Shown in pieces: positions 39,769 to 48,664 of a stretch of 64,000 nucleotides of DNA. Every line of letters starts with the position of its first letter. Within the stretch, counting starts at the first letter, position 1. The notes beneath the pieces are model-generated. The model worked only from the letters and a program-made list of their open reading frames with translations. It made no database searches and was not told the origin of the DNA. The stretch is from Candidatus Zhuqueibacterota bacterium (GTDB taxonomy: Bacteria > Zhuqueibacterota > Zhuqueibacteria > Residuimicrobiales > Krinioviventaceae), in assembly GCA_016929295.1 (NCBI GenBank), contig JAFGJB010000008.1, positions 12,917 to 76,916 on the forward strand. Direction: 5' to 3'. The translations under genes and the position numbers were made by a program.

Positions 39769-40118
39769 GCTGATGACAATGATGCCAATGATGATGATGA
39801 GCTTGTCCCGAATGGGTAACGACGCAAATCGCCATTTGAGCTGGTTTTTTATGCTTTGAAAACTGTTTTTTAGAGTTTGAATAAACGTGCGAAAAAAAGT
39901 GTGCGTCGTCTCATGGGCTCGCTCGGGAAATTTTGTCTCTTGGTTGCTTATTTTACCATCCTTGAAAATTAGAACAGTGGCTAAACAAAGTACTCATTCA
40001 CCAGCGAATCTACGGCTATCGAACAAAAATAATTTAATGATAAAATGAATATATTCAAAGCCTAATCTTGATACAGAGACGCACGCCGGTCGTTGGTCAG
40101 TGAAGCCGCGTAATAATG

Positions 40119-40388
40119 TTAATCGACAATTATGATTTCTTCCACTCTGATTTTGCCTGTTTCTGCAGGATCTTGCAGAACATCTGTTTTTTTGTGCAGG
40201 TAATAGATGGCAAAGAGCAACAGCAGGATGGCAAACAGCAGTTGCACCGGGTTTACTCTGGCAACTCTTTGCGAATGTCGAAGTCGTCTGAAATGAATCC
40301 GGTGTTCTTGATCAGCTGCAGCATCCTGGTTGTAGTAATACGTCTCTATTTTGAATTCACGTGGCCGTGCCAATTTCATCAACGGCAT
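40119..40388 (-). CDS. Hypothetical small single-pass membrane protein (89 aa)
   Basis: GAGAGG SD 7 nt upstream of the ATG. One TM helix, LLFAILLLLFAIYYL. It lies upstream of the cyclase and barrel-TPR genes on the same strand. Confidence 0.3.
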   Translation of the reverse strand: MPLMKLARPREFKIETYYYNQDAAADQEHRIHFRRLRHSQRVARVNPVQLLFAILLLLFAIYYLHKKTDVLQDPAETGKIRVEEIIIVD

Positions 40389-40718
40389 AACGCACCTCTC
40401 GTAAGTTGTTCATCGTCATGTATCTATTTAAAAATAGACAATTTTTTTCAATTCAGCAAGATGGCGCGTGATAGATCAAGCCAGGCTTAGCTCTTGCTGG
40501 GATTTAACCTCTTTATAACATGATTATATCTTTGACAAGTTCCCGTGTAAATGTGGATTTTCATCATTTGCAAAAAGGCTCTTGTTTTGCGCTGCGATGG
40601 CCAGCAAGCGCCTGCATGTCGCCTTGAGTTATTTTCTGAAATCGAGTATGATTGTGTTGCTATTCAATCCGAGTTTATCTAATTTTGCAGGTTGCGGGCA
40701 ACAGGAAAGGAGATTATA

Positions 40719-41507
40719 GTGTCCATTACAGGAGAGAAATTTCAGCAGCTTGTTGATATAATGGCCAGGCTTCGCGGTGAAGAAGGGTGTCCGTGGGATA
40801 TTGAGCAGACACACACATCGCTCAGCCGGCATGCGCTGGAAGAAGTCTATGAGGTCATCGAGTCGATCGATGAGGGGAGATTTAATGACTTGCCGGGTGA
40901 ACTGGGAGATCTGCTGCTGCAGGTTGTATTTCACGCCCAAATTGCTGCAGACGATGACCGGTTTACGATCAATGATGTGTTGGATGAGATCAATGAGAAG
41001 CTCATCCGTCGTCATCCGCATGTGTTTGGTGATGATGTCATCGAGACGGCAGAGGAACAGACGCAGGCGTGGGAGCAATCCAAGTTGAATCACGAGGGAA
41101 AACATTCTGCCGTTGATGGCGTGCCGAAACAGCTGCCGGCGCTGCTGCGCGCCCACCGCCTGCAAGGCAAGGCTGCGGCCGTAGGTTTTGACTGGGATGT
41201 GATTGAGCCCGTTTGGGGAAAAATCCAAGAAGAGATGGCGGAGTTGCAGCACGCCTGGCAATCCGGGCATATCGCCCACACTCAAGAGGAGCTGGGCGAT
41301 GTTTTATTCGCCGTTGTCAATTTGTCACGTTTTTTGCAAGTTGAACCCGAGCAGGCATTGCGAAATGCCTGCGAGAAATTCACCCGTCGTTTCAAGAAGG
41401 TTGAGGAGGAGTTTAAAAATCGCGGTCAGAAAATGAGCCAGTTGCCGCTCGAAGAATTGGACAGGGTGTGGGATGATGTCAAGGCCCAGGAGAGGAAAAG
41501 CGGCTAG
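40719..41507 (+). CDS. mazG: Nucleoside triphosphate pyrophosphohydrolase MazG
   Basis: GTG start with AGGAAAGGAG SD. Two MazG EExxE-type motifs: CPWDIEQTHTSLSRHALEEVYEVIESI and a second repeat. Confidence 0.85.
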   Translation: MSITGEKFQQLVDIMARLRGEEGCPWDIEQTHTSLSRHALEEVYEVIESIDEGRFNDLPGELGDLLLQVVFHAQIAADDDRFTINDVLDEINEKLIRRHPHVFGDDVIETAEEQTQAWEQSKLNHEGKHSAVDGVPKQLPALLRAHRLQGKAAAVGFDWDVIEPVWGKIQEEMAELQHAWQSGHIAHTQEELGDVLFAVVNLSRFLQVEPEQALRNACEKFTRRFKKVEEEFKNRGQKMSQLPLEELDRVWDDVKAQERKSG

Positions 41508-41994
41508 GCAATTTTTTGAAATGCTGCTCTAGCATGTCCCACGTCTCATACAAGGCTTGCGAGATCACTTTTGTATGTCCCGAGACCGGCATAAAATTCG
41601 TATCGCCATGCCAGCGCGGCACGATATGAAAGTGCAGGTGATCATCAATGCCGGCGCCGGCCACTTTTCCTAAATTCATGCCGATATTCAATCCATCCGC
41701 CCGCATGTATTTTTTGATGATCTCGCTGCTTGCGGTGAGGAGCGACATCATGTCGGTTTGCTCTGGCAAAGTTAACTGCTCGAGGTCGGAAATATGCCGA
41801 TAGGGGACGATCATCAAGTGCCCATTGTTGTAAGGATAAAAATTCATAATAACGAAACATGTTTGCCCGCGATGGAGAATGAGATTATCACGATCGCGTT
41901 GCTGTTTGGGTTTATCACAAAAAATGCAGCTCTCCGGCTTTGGTGACATGATATAGTCCATTCTCCAGGGCGCCCACATATTGTCCATATACAT
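41479..41994 (-). CDS. HIT-family hydrolase
   Basis: CIFC zinc motif and histidine triad DHLHFHIVPR. It is convergent with mazG and overlaps it. Confidence 0.75.
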   Translation of the reverse strand: MYMDNMWAPWRMDYIMSPKPESCIFCDKPKQQRDRDNLILHRGQTCFVIMNFYPYNNGHLMIVPYRHISDLEQLTLPEQTDMMSLLTASSEIIKKYMRADGLNIGMNLGKVAGAGIDDHLHFHIVPRWHGDTNFMPVSGHTKVISQALYETWDMLEQHFKKLPSRFSSPGP

Positions 41995-42063
41995 CTCCTC
42001 GGTTGAGGGATAAAAAAAGGGTACGAGGGATCCTCGTACCCATAGTTGTCTGCCAGAATGTCT

Positions 42064-44139
42064 TCATTCTTGCGCTGTTTTGCTCTCGGCAATGATTTTT
42101 GCTTCGACGTCTTTTGGCGCCGGATCATAGTGCGAAAATGACCGTATGTAGGAGGCCCGTCCGCTCGTCATCGAGCGCAGTTTGGTGGCATAGTCATGCA
42201 GCTCTCCCAGTGGCACTTTGGCCTTGACGAGCTGGAATCGTCCATGAGCTTCAATGCCCGAGATTTTACCGCGTCGAGTGGACAGATCGCCCATGACATC
42301 GCCCATATTTTCCTCTGGGCATTTCACAGTGACTTCATAGATGGGTTCGAGCAAGATGGGTTTTGCTTTCTGCATCATGGCCTTGAAACATTGGCGACCG
42401 GCGATCTGGAAAGCAATGTCTTTGGAATCAACCGGGTGTTCTTTGCCATCATAGAGAATGGCTTTGACATCGACGATTTTATAGCCGGCAATGGCGCCTT
42501 CATCAAGGACTTGCTTGACGCCTTTTTCCACCGAGGGAATGTACACTTGCGAGACGGCGCCGCCGACGACTTCGCTGGCAAATTCAAAGCCGGAGCCGCG
42601 CGGCAGTGGCTCAAGTCGCATCCAGACTTCACCGAACTGGCCGGCGCCGCCCGATTGTTTCTTGTGACGATATTTTTCATCTGCTTTAGCGGTGATCGTT
42701 TCGCGATAGGGAATTTTCGGCTTTTTCGTCATAACGTCAACGCCAAAACGCTCTTTCAGGCGTTTCAGTACAATGTTGAGATGCAACTCGCCATAGCCGG
42801 AGACAACGGTCTGCTTGAGTTCAGGATCGACGAAAATGGTGAAACTTGGATCGATTTCGTGCAGCGTATGCAAACCGGCGCCGATTTTTTCTTCATCTCC
42901 TTTACTTTTGGGGATAACGGCGAGTTGAAAAACGGGTTCCGCAAACTGAATCTCGCGAAATTTAATCGGCGCCTTTTTCGACGCCAGGGTATTGCCCGTG
43001 TGAGTGTCTCTGAGCTTCACCAAGGCGCCAATATCGCCGGCGCGCAGGCCATTCATTTCGGTTCTGCTTTTTCCCAACATCGTGTAAATCTGCCCGATCT
43101 TTTCGTTATTTCCGCGAGAGACATTGAGCACTTCATCGCCCGATTTGATGGCGCCGGAATAAGCTCGAATGAGCGAGAGTTCGCCGACGTGCTGTTCGGA
43201 GATCGTCTTGAAAACGAGCCCGGAAAAATCGCCGCTCTCGGAACAGACCACTTTAATGTCATTGCCCGAGGCATCTTGAGTGCTGTAGGGCGAGAGTGCA
43301 AGGGGCGAGGGCCCGTAGTCATTAATAAAGTCAAGCAAGGTTGTCACGCCAACATTTCGTGACGCCGCACCGCAAAGCACCGGCAATATTTCCTTTTTTA
43401 GAATGCCGGCGCGCAATCCGGTCAGCAGATCTTCTTGACTCAATTCCATTGTCTCAAGATATTTTTCCATGATCACGTCGTCGCACTCGGCGACTTTTTC
43501 TATCAATAGCATGCGCAGCTCGTTCGCACGATCAGTCAAATCGCCGGGAATCTCCTCCTCTTTGAAGGATCCTTTGGCATCGGTAAATGTGATTTTTTTC
43601 ATGCGCAGGAGGTCAATCACAGCATTAAAGCCTTCACCCTGATTCAGTGGAAACTGAAAGACGGTGGCATTATGGCCGTACGATTCCCTGATCGATGCGA
43701 GCGCCTCATCAAATTTTGCATGTTCACGATCGAGCAAATTGACAAAAAACAGGCGAGGTGTTTTGAATTCATCAAGCACTTCAGTGACCATATCGGTGCC
43801 AACTTCAACGCCGGCAATGCCATTCACCAGAACGACCGCTAAATCGGCAACGCGGAGTCCACATCGAACTTCACCAAAAAAGTCAGCATATCCCGGAAGA
43901 TCTATGAGATTGATTTTGCTACTCTTCCATTCAAATTGCATCAACGTGGCGCCGATGGATATTTTACGTTCTATCTCGTCAGGGCTATAATCGGATATCG
44001 TCGTACCATCGTCGATGGCGCCAAAACGATTTGTCACTCCTGCCGCATGAAGCATTGCTTCTGCGAGGGTCGTCTTGCCAACAGATTGATGCGATACCAG
44101 ACTGATATTTCTGATATCTCGAGGCGCATATTCTTTCAC
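42064..44139 (-). CDS. Elongation factor G paralog (EF-G-like translational GTPase) with atypical G3/G4 motifs
   Basis: 691 aa. P-loop SHQSVGKTT. Switch II IDLPGYADF versus canonical DTPGHVDF. G4 NLLD versus NKxD. EF-G domains II-V are recognisable (GAGQFGEVWMRLEP, VYIPSVEKG). Confidence 0.75.
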   Translation of the reverse strand: MKEYAPRDIRNISLVSHQSVGKTTLAEAMLHAAGVTNRFGAIDDGTTISDYSPDEIERKISIGATLMQFEWKSSKINLIDLPGYADFFGEVRCGLRVADLAVVLVNGIAGVEVGTDMVTEVLDEFKTPRLFFVNLLDREHAKFDEALASIRESYGHNATVFQFPLNQGEGFNAVIDLLRMKKITFTDAKGSFKEEEIPGDLTDRANELRMLLIEKVAECDDVIMEKYLETMELSQEDLLTGLRAGILKKEILPVLCGAASRNVGVTTLLDFINDYGPSPLALSPYSTQDASGNDIKVVCSESGDFSGLVFKTISEQHVGELSLIRAYSGAIKSGDEVLNVSRGNNEKIGQIYTMLGKSRTEMNGLRAGDIGALVKLRDTHTGNTLASKKAPIKFREIQFAEPVFQLAVIPKSKGDEEKIGAGLHTLHEIDPSFTIFVDPELKQTVVSGYGELHLNIVLKRLKERFGVDVMTKKPKIPYRETITAKADEKYRHKKQSGGAGQFGEVWMRLEPLPRGSGFEFASEVVGGAVSQVYIPSVEKGVKQVLDEGAIAGYKIVDVKAILYDGKEHPVDSKDIAFQIAGRQCFKAMMQKAKPILLEPIYEVTVKCPEENMGDVMGDLSTRRGKISGIEAHGRFQLVKAKVPLGELHDYATKLRSMTSGRASYIRSFSHYDPAPKDVEAKIIAESKTAQE

Positions 44140-44200
44140 TGTTCTCCTCCTGTGCCGACAAGCGGCTTGGCTTTGTCAGTACAATTTAATCATGTTTTGT

Positions 44201-45760
44201 CTATTTGACAGGTTCATGCGATGATTTTGCCGTCTTTTGGCGTAAAAAGCGCTTGAGGACACGGCCAGTGGGGCTTTTCGGCAAAGCAGCAACTGTTTCG
44301 ACAAACCTGGGACATTTATATACTGGCAGAAAATTTTGACAATAGGTGAAGAGTTCGTCATTTGCTAAACTGGCGCCTTTGGCGAGAACGACAAAAGCTT
44401 TCACTTCAGCGCCGTGTACGGGATCCGGCATTCCAACGACCGCCACCTCATCAACAGCCGGGTGGTCGAGGATGATGTTTTCCACCTCACGCGAATGAAT
44501 CGCAAAACCGCCCTTTGTGATGATATCATCTTTGCGCTCTTGAATGAAGAGGTAATGATCTAGATCCAGATAGCCGATGTCACCCGTTGCCAACCACCCG
44601 TCTTTGAGACGCCGCTCTGTCTCTTTGGGTTGATCCCAATATCCTTTCATGAGACTCGGGCTCTTTACAAAAATCTCGCCACTCTGATTTGGAAAGAGGA
44701 TGCGACCGGCACTGTCACGCACCTGCAATTCCACACCCATGAGCGGCAATCCTGTGGACTCGGATTTTCTGTCGCGACTGATGCGGGTGGCGCTCACCAA
44801 AGGGCCGGCCTCGGTCAGGCCATACGCTTTCAATATTGTCACATTGAATTTATTTTCAAACTCGTATAAAACATCATCGGCAAGGTGACCTCCATAGCAC
44901 ATGCAGTACTTTAAAGAGGGCATGGCGAGGTTGTTCCCGTGAACATTCAAGAGCGCCCGAAACATGCCGGGAACTGCGGGCATGAATGTGACGCCGTTTT
45001 TTTGAATTGTCTCGATGACTTCAGCTGGCTTGAAGCGCGGTAAAATGACAAGTGTGGCGCCTGCTGCCAGCGATGCATGCATCACCACTGTCTGCCCTAA
45101 CGGATGAAAGAGCGGAAGAACGGCAATCACTTTATCTTGTGGGCCGATTTTCAACATTTCTATGCACGTATTCGCATTGAAGAGGATGGCTTCGTGGGTG
45201 AGTTCAGCGCCCATCGCCTCATCAGCGATGCCGGAGGTGTAGTTGATGACGGCAACATCCGATTCTGAAATTGAAAGCTCAGACGCTAGTGGCATGGAGT
45301 GCGTGATAATGTGCGTGAGCGATTTGCTCTCTTTGAAGGCGCGGTCACCCAGGACAAGTAGTTCAACGCATGTCGATGCCGTCTGATAAGCGGAGAGAAC
45401 CTGGGGGAGAAAGGCTTGCCACACGATCAGGATTTTTGCGCCCGAATCTTTCAATTGATGCTCCAGCTCTTTTGCATTGTGCATGAAATTGAGCGGAACA
45501 GCGATGCCGTTGGCAGCCAGGATGGCGTAATAGCTTATGCAGAAATGGGGTACATTGGGAAGCAAAATGGCCACCCGATCTCCTTTCTCAATTCCCAACT
45601 CGACGAGCCCGCCGGCGAGTTTCTTCACGGCATTGATGAAAGAATGATAGGTGATTTCAGTATCTTCAATGACCAGAGCGCGCTGCGAAGGAGCCGACTG
45701 CGCTGAATGATATAATTGTGAGACGAGTGTTGGCACTCTTGATCCGGTTCTAGATTTCAA
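44201..45760 (-). CDS. AMP-dependent synthetase/ligase (long-chain acyl-CoA synthetase-like)
   Basis: 519 aa with AMP-binding motifs INYTSGIADEAMGAELTHEA, YGLTEAG and GWLATGDIGYLD. Confidence 0.8.
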   Translation of the reverse strand: MKSRTGSRVPTLVSQLYHSAQSAPSQRALVIEDTEITYHSFINAVKKLAGGLVELGIEKGDRVAILLPNVPHFCISYYAILAANGIAVPLNFMHNAKELEHQLKDSGAKILIVWQAFLPQVLSAYQTASTCVELLVLGDRAFKESKSLTHIITHSMPLASELSISESDVAVINYTSGIADEAMGAELTHEAILFNANTCIEMLKIGPQDKVIAVLPLFHPLGQTVVMHASLAAGATLVILPRFKPAEVIETIQKNGVTFMPAVPGMFRALLNVHGNNLAMPSLKYCMCYGGHLADDVLYEFENKFNVTILKAYGLTEAGPLVSATRISRDRKSESTGLPLMGVELQVRDSAGRILFPNQSGEIFVKSPSLMKGYWDQPKETERRLKDGWLATGDIGYLDLDHYLFIQERKDDIITKGGFAIHSREVENIILDHPAVDEVAVVGMPDPVHGAEVKAFVVLAKGASLANDELFTYCQNFLPVYKCPRFVETVAALPKSPTGRVLKRFLRQKTAKSSHEPVK

Positions 45761-45904
45761 TTCAGGTGAAATTTACAGACTGCAAAGATACTTTTAATGA
45801 GACAAAATGTCAAGAATTATTTGTGCTGTTCACTCCACCAGAGTGAAGGGATGAATGAGCCATAATCCTGGCAAAGCGATCGAACTTCACTTTTGAAATT
45901 CATT

Positions 45905-45923
45905 TTGTCCCAGCCTGGGACAA
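45905..45923. promoter_or_regulatory. 19-bp near-perfect palindrome TTGTCCCAGCCTGGGACAA in the divergent promoter region
   Basis: 8-bp arms flank a 3-nt centre. It sits between the divergently transcribed ligase (-) and S41 protease (+) genes and is a candidate operator. Confidence 0.35.
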
Positions 45924-46088
45924 TCCTCTCCAGTGCTCGCTATTTCTTTTTTATTTTGGCCATTTGACGGAAAATGCTGAACTAATTCCTTGTATTTCAA
46001 AGGTTAAAATGCTTAAATTTATAGCGCACTCATTCATATGGCAGGGTGCGTTTTGTCTGAGTAACAGTCGGCATTTATATTTATTGGC

Positions 46089-47693
46089 GTGATATTTGAT
46101 GCGGAGCTGCATGATGCACACTTACATTCAACCGCCGAAAACAGAGCAGTGAAAAGAATTCATAAAATGATTTGTGCCGCCGTCCTGATCTTTTTGGGAC
46201 TAGTTGTCGTGTGGCAGCCGGAAAGAGTCTGGTCAAACGCGCAGCAGCTGTATAATAAATGGATGATTCTGACCATGATTCTCGAAAAGATAGAGCGGTT
46301 TTACGTTGATGAAAAGCATCCGGATGAGCTGCTCAAGGACGCAATTGACGGGATGCTGTTCGGGCTGGATCCTCATTCTGTTTATCTGACGGCCGGGCAG
46401 TACAAAGACTATTCGAAAAAATATGATGGCTATTACGGATTTGGACTGAAATATTGCAGAATCGACAGCGTTCTGGTGGTCACATCACTTGTCGAAAATG
46501 GCCCGGCTGACCTTGCGGGCATCCGCATTGGCGACCGCATCCTTAAAATTGCCGGCATGCGTATTTCCGACATCGCCGGAGGCTCGGTTGAGAATTATTT
46601 ATCCGCGCGCTCGGAAAAGCTTATCTCCATGGCCATTCAACGTCCGCCACAAGGAGAACGGATTTCTCTCGAGCTGGCAAAACGGCAGATCGTCGATAAA
46701 AGCATTCCCGTCAGCTTTATGATCCGGGATGCTGTTGGCTATATAAAACTGTCCTATTTCACCGACGCTACGCCGCAGGAGCTGGATGCTGCGCTGACAA
46801 AGTTGACAGGCGCCGGCATGACTCGGCTGATAGTGGACTTGCGCGATAATGGCGGCGGCGCCTTTGATTCCGGGATTGCTGTCGCGGATCGTTTCATTCC
46901 TCGCGGCAGGTTGATTGTCTACACCAAAGGACGCGCTCCCCATTCTTCAGAACAATTTGTTTCAACTTTGCCGGAAAAGACAATGCCACTTGTCGTGCTG
47001 GTCAATGAATCGACGGCGAGTGATGCCGAGATCGTGTCGGGAGCGCTGCAGGATTGGGATAGAGGTCTCATCGTCGGACGCCGTACCTATGGCAAAGCGC
47101 TCGTCCAGACAGAATATACTTTTCAGGATGAGTCGGTGCTCATGCTCACAACTGCTCGCTATTATACCCCACTCGGGCGTCTCATTCAAAAAGAGTACCA
47201 GGAGAACAATGCCGGCAAAGTCAACCATAAAAGCGTCGAGCCACAAAAATACAAGACGCCCAAAGGTCGCATCGTTTATGGCGGTGGCGGAATTCAGCCG
47301 GATGTGGTGCTGAAAAAAGCCGATAAAATTGTTCCAAAAGGATTGCAGCCCTTGTACTCTAACGACGTAAATATCTTTTTTAATTTTGCTGATAAATACG
47401 TAATATCACATGCCGATATAATGTTTACGCATGATGTCGAGTTGTTTGTACGTGAATTCAGAGTCAGTGAAAATATGTGGCAACAATTCAAACAATACGT
47501 TCATCAAACTCCGGTCAGCTTGGCAGAATCGATCATGGAGGCGAACTCGATATTTCTCAAAGATGAACTCAAAGTTGAAATCGCCGGGCGGCTCTGGGGT
47601 GATAGAGGCAGGTTTATGGCAGTCAGTGAGAATGATTCCGAAGTTCAAGCGTGTTTAAAATATTTTGAACAGGCGAGTGCGCTCATTAAGTAA
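46089..47693 (+). CDS. ctpA: Carboxy-terminal processing (tail-specific) protease, S41 family, with a PDZ domain
   Basis: S41 motifs LIVDLRDNGGGAFDSGIAVADRFIP and GRRTYGKALVQ, with a PDZ region LVENGPADLAGIRIGDRILKIAG. GTG at 46089, or an ATG at 46167 that gives an N-terminal TM. Confidence 0.8.
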   Translation: MIFDAELHDAHLHSTAENRAVKRIHKMICAAVLIFLGLVVVWQPERVWSNAQQLYNKWMILTMILEKIERFYVDEKHPDELLKDAIDGMLFGLDPHSVYLTAGQYKDYSKKYDGYYGFGLKYCRIDSVLVVTSLVENGPADLAGIRIGDRILKIAGMRISDIAGGSVENYLSARSEKLISMAIQRPPQGERISLELAKRQIVDKSIPVSFMIRDAVGYIKLSYFTDATPQELDAALTKLTGAGMTRLIVDLRDNGGGAFDSGIAVADRFIPRGRLIVYTKGRAPHSSEQFVSTLPEKTMPLVVLVNESTASDAEIVSGALQDWDRGLIVGRRTYGKALVQTEYTFQDESVLMLTTARYYTPLGRLIQKEYQENNAGKVNHKSVEPQKYKTPKGRIVYGGGGIQPDVVLKKADKIVPKGLQPLYSNDVNIFFNFADKYVISHADIMFTHDVELFVREFRVSENMWQQFKQYVHQTPVSLAESIMEANSIFLKDELKVEIAGRLWGDRGRFMAVSENDSEVQACLKYFEQASALIK

Positions 47694-47701
47694 TTTATCA
47701 G

Positions 47702-48664
47702 ATGAAATACGAAAATTCAAACCATCATCCAAAAATACTGGTCGTTGATGATATTCCTGTCAATATTCAACTCTTGCAGGCTTTCCTGGCAACGGAAAAG
47801 TACAAAACTTATATTGCACGAAATGGCGTCGAGGCGCTCAAACAGGCGGAAGCTGTCGAGCCAGACCTCATATTGCTGGATGTCATGATGCCAAAAATGA
47901 ATGGTTTCGAGACGTGCAAGTTGCTGAAAAAATCTGAAAAAGCCCGCTATACGCCTATCATTATGGTGACGGCGCTGAACGAGATCGAGAGCAAAATTCA
48001 GGGCATCGAGGCCGGGGCAGATGATTTTATCAGCAAACCATTCAACAAGCTGGAATTGTTGGCGCGCGTCAAGTCACTGCTTCGAGTGAAAACCCTGCAT
48101 GATCAGCTTCAGGATAAAATCGTTCAACTGGAGAGAGCAAAGGAGCGTTTGCGAGAATTGGCGGTGACGGATGGCCTGACCGGTTTAAAAAATTATCGTC
48201 ATTTCAAAGATGTGTTCAGTTTGGAAATAAAACGCGCCGAGCGCCACAAGAGTCCGCTTTCCTTGATAATGTTCGACATCGATTATTTTAAAAATTACAA
48301 TGATACTCACGGACATCTTGCCGGAGATCGCGTTTTGCAGGATATAGCTATCCTGGTGTTGAAAAATATTCGCAAAATTGACCTGGCCGCTCGTTACGGC
48401 GGTGAAGAATTTGCCCTCATTTTGCCAAATACCGATATAAAAAATTCGCGAATAGTCGCCGAAAAGATACGCAAGCTCGTGGAGGATTATCATTTCCCGT
48501 TTCAGGAATCACAGCCGGATGGCAGCATTACGATCAGTGTTGGTGTCTCGTCATATCCGTCCTGCGGGAAATCTTTTGAAGAGCTTGTCGCCTGCGCTGA
48601 TAAGCGATTGTATCTGGCAAAAGCGCGAGGAAAAAATATTGTCGTCGATGCAGGGGAGTGCTGA
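47702..48664 (+). CDS. Response regulator with GGDEF diguanylate cyclase output (PleD/WspR-like)
   Basis: REC domain with the phospho-acceptor in LILLDVMMP. GGDEF domain with RYGGEEFALIL. Confidence 0.85.
   Translation: MKYENSNHHPKILVVDDIPVNIQLLQAFLATEKYKTYIARNGVEALKQAEAVEPDLILLDVMMPKMNGFETCKLLKKSEKARYTPIIMVTALNEIESKIQGIEAGADDFISKPFNKLELLARVKSLLRVKTLHDQLQDKIVQLERAKERLRELAVTDGLTGLKNYRHFKDVFSLEIKRAERHKSPLSLIMFDIDYFKNYNDTHGHLAGDRVLQDIAILVLKNIRKIDLAARYGGEEFALILPNTDIKNSRIVAEKIRKLVEDYHFPFQESQPDGSITISVGVSSYPSCGKSFEELVACADKRLYLAKARGKNIVVDAGEC

Noticed and set aside
42196-43362. 388-aa plus-strand ORF
   Set aside because: It is antisense to the EF-G-like gene, with repetitive Phe/Gly/Asp composition.
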